From an uncultured Alphaproteobacteria bacterium (lineage in GTDB: Bacteria; Pseudomonadota; Alphaproteobacteria; Rhizobiales; Xanthobacteraceae): a stretch of DNA of 64,000 nucleotides. Location of the stretch: the NCBI GenBank assembly GCA_963738705.1, contig CAVTXS010000032.1, forward strand, positions 58,340 through 122,339, read 5' to 3'. The translations under genes were made by a program, and so were the position numbers. The notes under the pieces were generated by a model that was not told the DNA's origin, searched no databases, and worked only from the letters and a program-made list of their open reading frames with translations. Positions 1 to 10,766 of the stretch are shown one piece after another. Position 1 is the stretch's first letter, and every line of letters starts with the position of its first letter.

Positions 1-1311
1 TATGCCGAGGCCTGTGAGGTCATCCCGGCCGGGCTGACGCACGATTCGCGCACCCTCCTGCCCTATCCGATCTACGCGGCGCGCGCGGCGGGTCCCCGCA
101 AGTGGGACGTCGACGGGAACGAATACGTCGACTACTTCGGCGGCCACGGCGCGCTGCTGCTCGGCCATTGTCATCCCGCCGTGGTGGCAGCGGTGCAGGA
201 GCAAGTGACGCTCGGGACGCACTGGGGGTCATCGCAGGAGCTTGAGGTGCGCTGGGCCGAGCTGGTGCACCGACTCATCCCATGCGCCGAGCGCGTCCGC
301 TTCACCGCCTCGGGAACCGAGGCCTCGCATCTCGCGCTGCGGCTCGCGCGCGCCCATACCGGCAAGTCGAAGGTCGTGCGCTTCGTCGGCCATTTCCACG
401 GCTGGCACGACCAGGTCGCGCCCGGCGCCATGTCGCATTTCGACGGCGGCGTGCCGGCCGGAATCCCGCCAAGCGTGGTCGAGCAGACGATCCTGCTGCC
501 GGCCGACGACGTTGCCGTGGTCGCCGAAACGCTGCAGCAACACGACGACATCGCGGCCGTCATCCTGGAGCCGTCGGGGGCCTCATGGGGCATGGTGCCG
601 CTGCCGGACGGCTTCCTCGCCGGGTTGCGCGCCGCGACGGCCAAGCACGGCGTCGTCTTGATCCTCGACGAGGTCATCACCGGCTTCCGCTGGTCGCGCG
701 GCGGCGCGCAGGCGCGCTTCGGTGTGATCCCCGACCTCGCCGTGCTGGCGAAGATCGTCGCCGGCGGGCTGCCCGGCGGCGCCGTCGCGGGACGCCGGGA
801 CATCATGGACCAGCTCGATGCGGCCGCGGCCGCCGCCGCCAAGCGGGAGAAGATCGGCCACCAGGGCACGTTCAACGCCAATCCGCTGTGCGCCGCCGCC
901 GCGGTCACGACGCTCGCGATCGTCGAGCGCGAGGAGGTGTGCGCCAAGGCGGAGGCGACCGCCGCCGAGATCCGCGCCGGCATGCGGCAGATCCTGATCG
1001 AGGAGGATGTGCCGTGGGGCATCTACGGCGACGCTTCGGCCTTCCTGATCTTCCAGAACCCGAAACGGCTGCGCCTCGATCCGGCGAATTTCGATCCGCT
1101 GCGGCTCGGCTTCAAGGATCTCAAAGCCGTGCGCGACGCCAACTTGAGCCATCGGCTGCGCATCGCCATGCTGGCGAACGGCGTCGACATCATGGGCGCA
1201 CCGGGCGGCCTCGTGTCCGCGTCGCACGGGCCCTCCGAGGTGGCGCGGACGCTCGACGCCTTCCGCGTGAGCGTGCGCTGGCTCAAGGACGAAGGCGACA
1301 TCGCCGCATGA
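1..1311 (+). CDS. class-III PLP aminotransferase (glutamate-1-semialdehyde aminomutase-like), 5' end outside window
   Basis: Frame 1 is open from base 1 (YAEACEVIPAGLTHDSR...) and continues into track ORF 181..1311. Motifs GGHGALLLGH, TASGTEA, LILDEVITGFR and LAKIVAGGLPGG are typical of the family. Confidence 0.85.
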   Translation, partial: YAEACEVIPAGLTHDSRTLLPYPIYAARAAGPRKWDVDGNEYVDYFGGHGALLLGHCHPAVVAAVQEQVTLGTHWGSSQELEVRWAELVHRLIPCAERVRFTASGTEASHLALRLARAHTGKSKVVRFVGHFHGWHDQVAPGAMSHFDGGVPAGIPPSVVEQTILLPADDVAVVAETLQQHDDIAAVILEPSGASWGMVPLPDGFLAGLRAATAKHGVVLILDEVITGFRWSRGGAQARFGVIPDLAVLAKIVAGGLPGGAVAGRRDIMDQLDAAAAAAAKREKIGHQGTFNANPLCAAAAVTTLAIVEREEVCAKAEATAAEIRAGMRQILIEEDVPWGIYGDASAFLIFQNPKRLRLDPANFDPLRLGFKDLKAVRDANLSHRLRIAMLANGVDIMGAPGGLVSASHGPSEVARTLDAFRVSVRWLKDEGDIAA

Positions 1312-2432
1312 CCAACGCCCCACCGGCCGAGATCGGCGCCCCGCTCGCCGAGGTCGAGACGCCCGCGCTCGTCGTCGATCTCGACGCGCTCGACCGCAAC
1401 ATCGCCAAGATGGCGGAGTTCGCGCGCACGGCCGGGGTCCGACTGCGCCCGCATGCCAAGACCCACAAGTCGCCGGCGATCGCGCTCAAACAAATCGCGC
1501 ATGGGGCGGTCGGCCAGTGCGTGCAGAAGGTCGGCGAGGCCGAAGCGCTGGTGCGCGGCGGCGTCCGCGACATCCTGGTGAGCAACCAGGTGGTGGGCGA
1601 GAAGAAGCTGCGGCGGCTCGCGGCGCTTGCGGCCGAGGCGAAGGTCGCGCTCTGCTTCGACGCGCCCGAGCAGGTGGACGCAGCCGCCCGCGTCGCGCGC
1701 GACTTCGGCGTCGAGCTCGGCGGCCTGGTCGAGATCGACGTCGGCGCCGAACGCTGCGGCGTCGCGCCTGGACGCGATGGCGCGACCCTCGCACGTCGCA
1801 TCGCCGACGCATCCAACCTCACGTTCCGCGGCCTGCAGGCCTACCACGGCCGCGCCCAGCACATGGCCACGCATCAGGAGCGGGCCCAGGCGATCGCGTC
1901 GGCGGTCGATTTCGTGCGTGAGACGCTCGACGCGCTGGCGGCCGAGCACCTCCCCTGCGAGATCGTCGCCGGGGCAGGCACCGGCACCTTCGCGTTCGAA
2001 GCGGCGAGCGGCGTCTACAACGAGCTGCAGGTCGGCTCCTACGTGTTCATGGATACCGACTACGCCCGCATCGGCGGCAAGGACGGCGGCCGCTACGCGG
2101 AGTTCGAGCACAGCCTGTTCGTGCTCGCGACCGTGATGAGCGCGCCGACCTCCGACCGGGCGATCGTCGATGCCGGCCTCAAATCCTACAGCGCCGAGAA
2201 GGGCCCGCCATGGGTGCACGGCCGCGAGGACGTCGAGGTGGTCGCGGTCTCGGACGAGCACGGCAAGCTCCGCCTCGGCCCGAAGGCCGAGCGCCTGCGC
2301 CTCGGCGACCGGGTGTGGCTGATCCCCGGCCACTGCGACCCGACCGTCAACCTGCACGACTGGTACGTCGGCGTGCGCCGCGACCGCGTCGAGGCGCTGT
2401 GGCCGATCGCGGCCCGCGGCGCGAGCGTCTAG
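1308..2432 (+). CDS. DSD1-family PLP enzyme (D-threonine aldolase / D-serine dehydratase-like, alanine racemase N-terminal fold)
   Basis: ATG at 1308 overlaps the upstream stop (ATGA). Sequence reads MTNAPPAEIG...RPHAKTHKSPAIA...GHCDPTVNLHD. Only the last 374 codons of track ORF 282..2432 look coding. Confidence 0.8.
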   Translation: MTNAPPAEIGAPLAEVETPALVVDLDALDRNIAKMAEFARTAGVRLRPHAKTHKSPAIALKQIAHGAVGQCVQKVGEAEALVRGGVRDILVSNQVVGEKKLRRLAALAAEAKVALCFDAPEQVDAAARVARDFGVELGGLVEIDVGAERCGVAPGRDGATLARRIADASNLTFRGLQAYHGRAQHMATHQERAQAIASAVDFVRETLDALAAEHLPCEIVAGAGTGTFAFEAASGVYNELQVGSYVFMDTDYARIGGKDGGRYAEFEHSLFVLATVMSAPTSDRAIVDAGLKSYSAEKGPPWVHGREDVEVVAVSDEHGKLRLGPKAERLRLGDRVWLIPGHCDPTVNLHDWYVGVRRDRVEALWPIAARGASV

Positions 2433-2533
2433 CCTGAGCACGTCCTCGCCGCACGTCACGGCTATCGGACGCGCTTTCGCGGGGCATGACAACGCTGGTA
2501 TAAGCCCGGCAGAGACGAAGGGATGCGCGCGCG

Positions 2534-3166
2534 ATGACCACCAACGGCTCAACCGATCACCTCGTCACCAGCGTCGAGGAGCTGGAGCGGCTCTACGGTG
2601 AGCCCAATCCGAACTCGCTGATGAAGGAGATCGACTACATCAACGTGCACTACCGCGCCTTCATCGAGGCGGCGCCGTTCGTGGTGCTGGCGAGCGTCGG
2701 CCCGGAGGGCCTCGACGGCTCGCCGCGCGGCGACGCGCCCGGCTTCGTGCGGGTGCGCGACGAGAAGACGCTGCTCGTGCCCGACCGTCGCGGCAACAAT
2801 CGCATCGACACACTCAAGAACATCGTGCGCGACCCGCGCGTATCGCTCCTGTTCCTGATCCCCGGGATCGGCGAGACCTTGCGGGTCAACGGCCGCGCCT
2901 CGATCTCGGCCGACCCGGCGCTGTGCGAGAGCTTCACCGTGCAGGACAAGGCGCCGCGCAGCGTGCTCGTGGTCACGGTCGACCGCGTCTACTTCCAGTG
3001 CCAGAAAGCCCTGGTGCGCTCGAAGCTATGGGACCCGGCGAGCCGGATCGAGCGCGCGGCGCTGCCCTCGACCGGGACCATGATCGCGGCGCTGAGCCAA
3101 GGCACGGTCGACGGCGAGGCCTTCGACCGCGCCTATCCGGAGCGGCTGAGGCAGACGATTTACTGA
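2534..3166 (+). CDS. pyridoxamine 5'-phosphate oxidase (PPOX)-family FMN-binding protein
   Basis: 210-aa ORF. The pattern ...FVVLASVGPEGLDGSPRGD...PDRRGNNRIDTLKNIVRDPRVSLLFLIPG is typical of MSMEG_1061-type PPOX flavoproteins. Confidence 0.75.
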   Translation: MTTNGSTDHLVTSVEELERLYGEPNPNSLMKEIDYINVHYRAFIEAAPFVVLASVGPEGLDGSPRGDAPGFVRVRDEKTLLVPDRRGNNRIDTLKNIVRDPRVSLLFLIPGIGETLRVNGRASISADPALCESFTVQDKAPRSVLVVTVDRVYFQCQKALVRSKLWDPASRIERAALPSTGTMIAALSQGTVDGEAFDRAYPERLRQTIY

Positions 3167-3170
3167 GCGG

Positions 3171-3746
3171 ATGCGTTACCGGCTGCTGCGCACGACAGAC
3201 GTCGGGGCGACCTTGCGATCCGTTTCGCTCACCCTCTTGGCTGTGGTCACTTCAAGTTCAGCGGATGCTGCCGATAGAATTTCCGGCAGTTGGTTCTTCA
3301 CGCCCGGTCCGCCGGCGAAGATTGGTCTTGTAGCCAACGAGGGCGATGCGCACCCACTGTTTCTGTACGTGGATTGCACACCAAAACCTGGAGCTGCGAC
3401 CGGGATGCTCGAACCCCGGCCACGCGACTTCGCCGGCCTCATCGCCGGGGACAAGTACATGCATCTGGTTTCCAGGGCAGAGAATTCCCAGGTCGGCCTT
3501 TTCGTCGATGCCATTCAGCTAATGGATGCCGGAGCACATGCCTGGGCGATAAGGTTCGGAGCGGGTCGCGAGGTATTGGAACAGTGGACTCAGCCCGGCC
3601 GCATCGAGATTCGTCTGGGGGAAGGAACAGGCGCGGATTTCAAACCAAGCAAGGGATATGAGTTGCCAGAGCGAAACAGAGTCGCCGCAGCGCGCGGTTT
3701 TCTCGAAGCATGCTTTCCGGGTCAGCCGCCCCCGCGCATAAGGTGA
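3171..3746 (+). CDS. hypothetical secreted protein
   Basis: 191-aa ORF with a signal-peptide-like N-terminus (LTLLAVVTSSSADA). GC is visibly lower than in neighbours. No family recognised. Confidence 0.45.
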   Translation: MRYRLLRTTDVGATLRSVSLTLLAVVTSSSADAADRISGSWFFTPGPPAKIGLVANEGDAHPLFLYVDCTPKPGAATGMLEPRPRDFAGLIAGDKYMHLVSRAENSQVGLFVDAIQLMDAGAHAWAIRFGAGREVLEQWTQPGRIEIRLGEGTGADFKPSKGYELPERNRVAAARGFLEACFPGQPPPRIR

Positions 3747-3752
3747 CGGGAT

Positions 3753-4547
3753 CTACTCTCCGACCCACCCGCACGCGGCCAGCCGCTCGCGCATATGCGG
3801 CGGCACCGGCGCGGTGACGCGGACCGATTCGCGGTTCTTGGCGAGCGGCACCACGACCTCGCGCGAGTGCAGATGCAGCGCGGGGCCGCCTGAGCGCGGG
3901 GCGCTGCCGTAGATCGCGTCACCGACGACGGGGAAACCCATGGCGGCGCAGTGCACCCGCAGCTGATGGGTGCGGCCGGTAAGCGGCTCGAGGGCCAGCC
4001 AAGTCAAATCCCTCCCCTGAAAGGGGAGAATGGCTTCGCGCGGCAGCGCGAAGCCGGGTGGGGCGCTGGCGTCCGCGGAGTCCCCCACCCCGCCGCATCG
4101 CGGCACCCCTCCCCCTGCGCGGGGATGGCGTCCCAGCACCCGCCACGCCGTCAGCGCCGGCTGGCCGTTGGGGTCGGGCTTCATCCACCAGCCGCGCGAG
4201 GCGTCGCGGCGGCCGAGCGGGAGCTCGATGCGCCCCTCGTCGGCCTGCGGTCCGCCTTCCACCACGGCCCAATAGGTCTTGCCGACGTTGCCGTGCTTGA
4301 ACAGGAGGCCGAGCGACGCCAAGGCCTTGCGGTGGCGCCCGAGCACCAGGCAGCCGGAGGTGTCGCGGTCGAGCCGATGCGCAAGCGCGGGCGCGCGTGG
4401 CAGCCCGAAGCGCAGCGCATCGAAATGATCCTCCAGGCTCGCGCTGCCCTTCGGCCCGCGATGCACCGCGAAGCCCGCCGGCTTGTCGATCACCAGCATC
4501 AGGCCGTCGCGGTAGAGCACGCGCGACACCATCTCTTCCGGGGTCAT
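3753..4547 (-). CDS. RluA-family pseudouridine synthase carrying an in-frame GC-rich insertion
   Basis: C-terminal 264 codons of track ORF 3753..5435. Start MTPEEMVSRVLYRDG at 4547. Catalytic HRLDRDTSG and LTGRTHQLRVH motifs are present. Confidence 0.85.
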   Translation of the reverse strand: MTPEEMVSRVLYRDGLMLVIDKPAGFAVHRGPKGSASLEDHFDALRFGLPRAPALAHRLDRDTSGCLVLGRHRKALASLGLLFKHGNVGKTYWAVVEGGPQADEGRIELPLGRRDASRGWWMKPDPNGQPALTAWRVLGRHPRAGGGVPRCGGVGDSADASAPPGFALPREAILPFQGRDLTWLALEPLTGRTHQLRVHCAAMGFPVVGDAIYGSAPRSGGPALHLHSREVVVPLAKNRESVRVTAPVPPHMRERLAACGWVGE

Positions 4548-4574
4548 GGCGAAACCGCTATCACGGCTGCCGAT

Positions 4575-5519
4575 ATGAATAACAGCAACAAGGACGACGC
4601 GCGGCCGGGCTGGTGGCGCCGGCTGAGCACCGGCTTGGCGCGCACGTCGGCGTCGATCGGCGACGCGATCGGCGATCTCGTCCGCAAGCGCAAGCTCGAT
4701 GCGGCGACGCTTGGCGAGCTCGAGGACGCGCTGATCCGCGCCGACCTCGGGGTCGAGACGGCGGCGCGCATCGCGGCCGCGGTCGGTGAGGGACGCTACG
4801 ACAAGACGATCGCGGCCGACGAGGTGAAGGCGATCCTGGCGGCGGAAGTCGAGAAGGTTTTGGCGCCGGTGGCGCGGCCGCTCGTCGTCGATGCGGGCGC
4901 GAAGCCGTTCGTGCTGCTCGTTGCCGGCGTCAACGGCTCCGGCAAAACCACGACGATCGGCAAGCTGGCGGCGAAATTCGGCGCCGAGGGACGCACCGTA
5001 GTGCTGGCGGCCGGCGACACGTTCCGCGCCGCGGCGATCGACCAGCTCAAGATCTGGGGCGCGCGTGCGCACGCGCCGGTGATCGCGCGCGAGCCCGGCG
5101 CCGATGCCGCCGGCGTCGCGTTCGAGGCGCTCGGCAGCGCGAAGGCGCAAGGCGCCGACGTGTTGATCGTCGACACCGCCGGCCGCCTGCAGAACAAGAC
5201 GGTGCTGATGGGCGAGCTCGAAAAGATCGTGCGGGTGATGAAGAAGGTCGATCCGACGGCGCCGCATGCAGTGCTGCTGGTGCTCGACGCGACCGTCGGG
5301 CAGAACGCGCTGGCACAGGTCGAGGCGTTCCGCAGCACCGCGGGCGTGACCGGGCTTGCCATGACCAAGCTCGATGGCACCGCGCGCGGCGGCATTTTGG
5401 TGGCGATCGCGGAGCGCTTCGGCCTGCCGGTGCATTTCATCGGCGTCGGTGAGGGAGTGGACGACCTCGAGCCGTTCGCGGCGCGCGACTTCGCCCGCGC
5501 CATCGCGGGACTAAAGTAG
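4575..5519 (+). CDS. ftsY: signal recognition particle receptor FtsY
   Basis: MNNSNKDDARPGWWRRL start at 4575. NG-domain motifs GVNGSGKTTTIGKLA, DTAGRL and TKLDGTARGG are present. Confidence 0.92.
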   Translation: MNNSNKDDARPGWWRRLSTGLARTSASIGDAIGDLVRKRKLDAATLGELEDALIRADLGVETAARIAAAVGEGRYDKTIAADEVKAILAAEVEKVLAPVARPLVVDAGAKPFVLLVAGVNGSGKTTTIGKLAAKFGAEGRTVVLAAGDTFRAAAIDQLKIWGARAHAPVIAREPGADAAGVAFEALGSAKAQGADVLIVDTAGRLQNKTVLMGELEKIVRVMKKVDPTAPHAVLLVLDATVGQNALAQVEAFRSTAGVTGLAMTKLDGTARGGILVAIAERFGLPVHFIGVGEGVDDLEPFAARDFARAIAGLK

Positions 5520-5523
5520 GGTA

Positions 5524-5600
5524 GGCAAAGCGCCGCGAAGCGGCGCGTGCCCACGTTGTGCAAGCCGCGTGGGCACGGCGCGCAGGCGCGCGCCTTTGCC
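5524..5600. repeat. REP-like nested palindrome, family B (ggcaaag..gcgcgtgcccac..gtgggcacggcgc..ctttgcc)
   Basis: Nested inverted repeats lie directly after the ftsY stop. A second copy of the same family is at 61888..61992. Confidence 0.7.
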
Positions 5601-5621
5601 CACCTTTGCCGGTACGTTAAA

Positions 5622-6977
5622 TTAGCGCATATCGGCGAGTTGCTTCTCGGCCCGGTCGGCGGTCGCCTTGAACAGCGTCTCGACCGCTGCGTCGAGCTCG
5701 CCGGTTCGGCGTGACAGCCCGCGCGAGAATTCAAGCACGGCGCCGGCGGCGTCCTGCGTCTGCCGGATGGCATCGTCGACCGCGGTGAGCGCGTTCGACA
5801 CCGTGGCCGCGTTGGCGGTGGCGGCGCTGGCGCTCTTGGCGATCTCGCCGGTGACGGAGGCTTGCGCGTCGACTGAAGCCGCCACCCGCTCGGCGATCGC
5901 GGCGACGTCGGAGATGGTCGTGCCGGCGCCCGCGATCTCATCGACCGAGCGGCGGGTCGCTTCCTGGATCATCGCGATCTGATGGCCGATCTCCTCGGTC
6001 GCCTTGGCGGTCTGGGTGGCGAGCGACTTCACCTCGACGGCCACCACCGCGAAACCCTTGCCGGCTTCGCCGGCGCGGGCGGCCTCGATGGTGGCGTTGA
6101 GCGCCAGGAGGTTGGTCTGCGCCGCGATATTGGCGATCAGCCCGACCACCGAGCCGATCTTGTCCACCGCCTCCGACAGCGAGCGGATCGCCTCGTTGCT
6201 GCGGTTGGCCTGCGACACCGCCTGATGCGCCATGCCGGCGCTGCGCGTCGCCTGGGTGCGGATCTCATCGATCGAGGCGGAGATCTCCTCGGTGGCGGCG
6301 GCGGTTCTGGCGAAATTCTCGAGCGTGCCGGAGGCGGCGCCGGTCGCCGCGCCGGTCTCGGCCGACGCGCGCTCGGCGAGCGCGGCGAGCTGCCGGGAGC
6401 TACCGCCCAGCGCTTCGACCACCGCGAATAAGCCGTCGCGCAATTCGCTCACGGTCTGTCCGAACTCATCGACCGCGCCGGAGAGCGCATCGCCGCGAGC
6501 TTTGTCGTTGAGGCTCTCGGCCCGGTAGTGAAACACCATGGCATTGGTGACGTCGAACATCAGCACCCGCGCGGCCGCGTCGGCCAGGCGCGCAACCTTG
6601 CGTCCGGAGAAGCGATGCCTGCGGCCCAGCTCCTTGACCAGGCGCGACAGCAGGAACCGATTGACCACCCCGCGTGACCGGAAATCGAGCCCGGTCGCGA
6701 TCTCGGTCTGCACCTGCTCCCGGCAGTCGGCGACCCATTGCGCGTCGAATGCATGGCAGAACAATCGGGTCGTGTTCATGACCATGGCTTCGCCGCGGCG
6801 CTCGCCGAGCCGGTCGGCATATTGCGGCGCGATCCGCTTGGTTTCCGCCGTCAACCCGTTTGCCGCCGCCTCGAGAATCGGTCCGAGCACGGCCCAGACC
6901 TCGGCGCGCGCCGCCTCGATCTCGGCGTCGATTCCGAAAAACTTCAGACGCGTCTGGAATTCCTGCGGAAGGGACAT
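5622..6977 (-). CDS. methyl-accepting chemotaxis protein with globin-coupled-sensor-like N-terminal domain
   Basis: 451-aa ORF with no TM segments. The C-terminal MCP signalling hairpin reads [43 protein letters not shown]. The N-terminus [10 protein letters not shown]... resembles protoglobin sensors. Confidence 0.85.
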   Translation of the reverse strand: MSLPQEFQTRLKFFGIDAEIEAARAEVWAVLGPILEAAANGLTAETKRIAPQYADRLGERRGEAMVMNTTRLFCHAFDAQWVADCREQVQTEIATGLDFRSRGVVNRFLLSRLVKELGRRHRFSGRKVARLADAAARVLMFDVTNAMVFHYRAESLNDKARGDALSGAVDEFGQTVSELRDGLFAVVEALGGSSRQLAALAERASAETGAATGAASGTLENFARTAAATEEISASIDEIRTQATRSAGMAHQAVSQANRSNEAIRSLSEAVDKIGSVVGLIANIAAQTNLLALNATIEAARAGEAGKGFAVVAVEVKSLATQTAKATEEIGHQIAMIQEATRRSVDEIAGAGTTISDVAAIAERVAASVDAQASVTGEIAKSASAATANAATVSNALTAVDDAIRQTQDAAGAVLEFSRGLSRRTGELDAAVETLFKATADRAEKQLADMR

Positions 6978-7053
6978 CGGTCGGCCCGCATCAGGACGGC
7001 AATGCGCCTGTATGCGCTACCGACGTTTACGAACCGTTAAACATGATTGCGAG

Positions 7054-8280
7054 TCAGCGAGCCCGGTGCGCCGCGCCGGCCATCACGGTCGGGATGGCGG
7101 CGAGGGTGAACGCCACGGTCGCCAGGAACACGGCGCGCGGGCTGCCAACATCCAGGAACCAGCCGAACAGCAACGGCGACACCATGCCGCCGATATTGAA
7201 GCCGGTGGTGACGAAGCCGAACACCTTGCCGAAGGCGCCGGGCGGGGTCACGGCACGCACCAACAGGTCGCGCGACGGCATGATGACGCCGGTCGCCAGG
7301 CCGGCAAGCGCGAACAGCGCGATCATCGCGACGACGTGCAAATGAAGAACCGCCACCAGCAGCACCGCGCATGCCGCCCCGGCAAGGCCCGCGATGGCGA
7401 CGGCGCTGTGCCGCGTTGTACGGCTTGCGATCACGCCGCCGATGAGCACGCCGAACGCGCTCATCGCCAGATAGGCGGTCAGCGCCACGTTGGCGACTTC
7501 GAGCGGCGTCGCGTAGAGGGCGTCGAGCACGACGACCGCGTAGTTCTGCACGCCGGCGTTGGACAGCGCCAACATGACGAAGAACAGGAGGTTGAGCAGA
7601 ACCGGCACGGAGAGCAGCAGCGGCCGGCTCGTGTCGGCTTCGGTACCGGCCGGTGCGGAGCCCGCCCTGCCGCGCTCGAAGCGATCGCCGGCCAGCGCGC
7701 TGCCCGACAGCGCGAGCAGCGCCGCCACGGCACCACCGAGCACGGCCGACGCCAGATAGGCGCCGCGCCAGCCGAAAGCAGCCGCCAGGAACAGCAGGCT
7801 CGCGGGCGCGACCGCGCCGCCGAGCATGCCCGCACAAGTGTGCACCGAGTAGGCCTGGCCCATCCGGCGCGGCGAGACGTGCCGCGACAGCAGCGCGTAG
7901 TCGGCCGGGTGATAGACGGTATTGCCGAGGCCGAGCAGCGCGAACATCGCGACGAAGGCCCAGAACGACGGCAGCAGCGCGGCGCCGGCGAGCGCGACCG
8001 CGCCGATCAGCAGTCCGCCGACCAGCACAGCACGCGCGCTCACGCGATCTGCCAGGAATCCGGCCGGCGTCTGCAGCAGGGCCGACACCACGTTGAAGGC
8101 GGTCAGCGCCAGGCCGAGCTCGGTATAGCTCACGCCGAAATCGGCGCGGATGACGGTGAACAGCGGCGGCAGCACCAGGATGTAGTAGTGGCTGACGAAA
8201 TGCGCGGCGCTGACCAGGCCGATCACGTGAACGTCGCTCGCCGGCTCAGCCCGCGCGGCAATTTCGGTAGTCGGAGTCAT
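7054..8280 (-). CDS. MFS transporter
   Basis: 408-aa ORF, about 12 hydrophobic segments, typical MFS loop (PAGFLADRVSAR). Confidence 0.8.
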   Translation of the reverse strand: MTPTTEIAARAEPASDVHVIGLVSAAHFVSHYYILVLPPLFTVIRADFGVSYTELGLALTAFNVVSALLQTPAGFLADRVSARAVLVGGLLIGAVALAGAALLPSFWAFVAMFALLGLGNTVYHPADYALLSRHVSPRRMGQAYSVHTCAGMLGGAVAPASLLFLAAAFGWRGAYLASAVLGGAVAALLALSGSALAGDRFERGRAGSAPAGTEADTSRPLLLSVPVLLNLLFFVMLALSNAGVQNYAVVVLDALYATPLEVANVALTAYLAMSAFGVLIGGVIASRTTRHSAVAIAGLAGAACAVLLVAVLHLHVVAMIALFALAGLATGVIMPSRDLLVRAVTPPGAFGKVFGFVTTGFNIGGMVSPLLFGWFLDVGSPRAVFLATVAFTLAAIPTVMAGAAHRAR

Positions 8281-8350
8281 TGCGGCAATCTAATCGCGGC
8301 CGGTGGTCCTGATCCATGCGCTGCCGGCAACCCTGACCATCGCAAGCGGC

Positions 8351-9475
8351 TCACTCGCGCGCCAGCACGAGGTCGTCGCGATGGATCATCTCGGTGCGGC
8401 CGGCAAAGCCGAGGATGAGCTGGATGTCGCCGGAGGATTTGCCCCGGATCTTGTCGGCATCGGCGGCGTCGTAGGCGACGAGGCCGCGGCCGATCTCGGC
8501 GCCGTCGGGACCGCGCACGACCACCGCGTCGCCGCGCTCGAAACCGCCGTCCAGGTGGACGACGCCGGCGGGCAACAGGCTCTTGCCGCGGCGCAACGCC
8601 GCGACCGCACCGGCATCGATCGTCAGCGTGCCCTTCGGCTCGAGCGAGCCGGCGATCCATCGCTTGCGCGCGGTCACCGGGTTGGCCGGCGTCAGGAACC
8701 AGGTGCAACGGGAGCCGTCGGCGATCGCCTGCAGAGGATGCGCGATCCTGCCCGATGCAATGACCAAATGGATGCCGGCGGTGGTGGCGATCTTGGCCGC
8801 CTCGATCTTGGTCAGCATGCCGCCGCGCGAGAGCTCGGAGCCCGCGGGCGCCGCGGCGGCTTCGATTTCCGGGGTGATGCGTGTCACCAGAGGAATCAGC
8901 GCGGCCTGCGGATTGTCCTTCGGGGGCGCGTCATAAAACCCGTCGACGTCCGACAGCAGGACCACGAGGTCGGCGCTTGCCATGGTGGCGACGCGCGCGG
9001 CGAGCCGGTCGTTGTCGCCGTAGCGGATCTCGGTGGTTGCGACGGTGTCGTTCTCGTTGATCACGGGCACCGCCCGCCATTCGATGAGCTTGGCGATGGT
9101 TTCGCGCGCGTTGAGATAGCGCCGGCGCTCCTCGGTGTCGCCGAGCGTCACCAGGATCTGGCCGGCGCTGATGCCATGCGCCGCAAGCGCTTCCGCCCAG
9201 GTGCGCGCAAGCGCGATCTGGCCGACCGCGGCGGCGGCCTGGCTGTCCTCCAGCTTGAGCGGGCCGTCCGCGAGCTTGAGCACGCTGCGGCCGAGCGCGA
9301 TCGCGCCGGACGACACGACAAGGAGCTCGCGCCCCTCGCCGTGCAGCTTGGCGATGTCGGCGGCGAGCGAGGCGAGCCACTCCTGCTTGACCCGTCCGGC
9401 CTGCGCGTCGACCAGCAGCGAGGAGCCGACCTTGATGACGATGCGCCGGAAATCCGTAAGGCGGGGGGATTTCAT
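8351..9475 (-). CDS. proB: glutamate 5-kinase (with PUA domain)
   Basis: [23 protein letters not shown]..., [10 protein letters not shown], and C-terminal PUA ([19 protein letters not shown]). Confidence 0.93.
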   Translation of the reverse strand: MKSPRLTDFRRIVIKVGSSLLVDAQAGRVKQEWLASLAADIAKLHGEGRELLVVSSGAIALGRSVLKLADGPLKLEDSQAAAAVGQIALARTWAEALAAHGISAGQILVTLGDTEERRRYLNARETIAKLIEWRAVPVINENDTVATTEIRYGDNDRLAARVATMASADLVVLLSDVDGFYDAPPKDNPQAALIPLVTRITPEIEAAAAPAGSELSRGGMLTKIEAAKIATTAGIHLVIASGRIAHPLQAIADGSRCTWFLTPANPVTARKRWIAGSLEPKGTLTIDAGAVAALRRGKSLLPAGVVHLDGGFERGDAVVVRGPDGAEIGRGLVAYDAADADKIRGKSSGDIQLILGFAGRTEMIHRDDLVLARE

Positions 9476-9614
9476 GGTAGGGCCGGCGGAATGTCCGTGA
9501 GGCGGAAATCATCGCCTCTAAAGAGAGGCGGCACACTGCGGAACCTTGCGACCGCATACGACATGCAATCGCCGAAATTGAGTTTGGCACGGTGATGACC
9601 GCGCCCAAACCGGT

Positions 9615-9650
9615 CGTGCGATGGCTCACAAGAAGGCAGGCGGATCTTCA
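9615..9650. repeat. 36-bp inverted copy of the rpmA translation start region
   Basis: cgtgcgatggctcacaagaaggcaggcggatcttca is the exact reverse complement of 11990..12025 (rpmA 5' end). Confidence 0.85.
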
Positions 9651-9740
9651 TCGCTGCGGATGTTGAGTTGGCGGGGCATGATGCTAGCTCCGATATTGAA
9701 TTTGCTGGCATAGCCACGGAAACGGCGGATGCCAACGCGC

Positions 9741-10766
<1,026 letters not shown>

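Noticed and set aside
3753-5435. A 560-aa minus-strand ORF spanning the ftsY region.
   Set aside because: Only the C-terminal 264 codons (3753..4547) match an RluA-family protein. The remainder is antisense to ftsY.
9621-9713. A 30-aa plus-strand ORF beginning [10 protein letters not shown], as a second L27 gene.
   Set aside because: Only the first 10 codons match L27. After them the sequence diverges completely and stops, and the rpmA Shine-Dalgarno region is not included. It is a duplicated fragment, not a gene.
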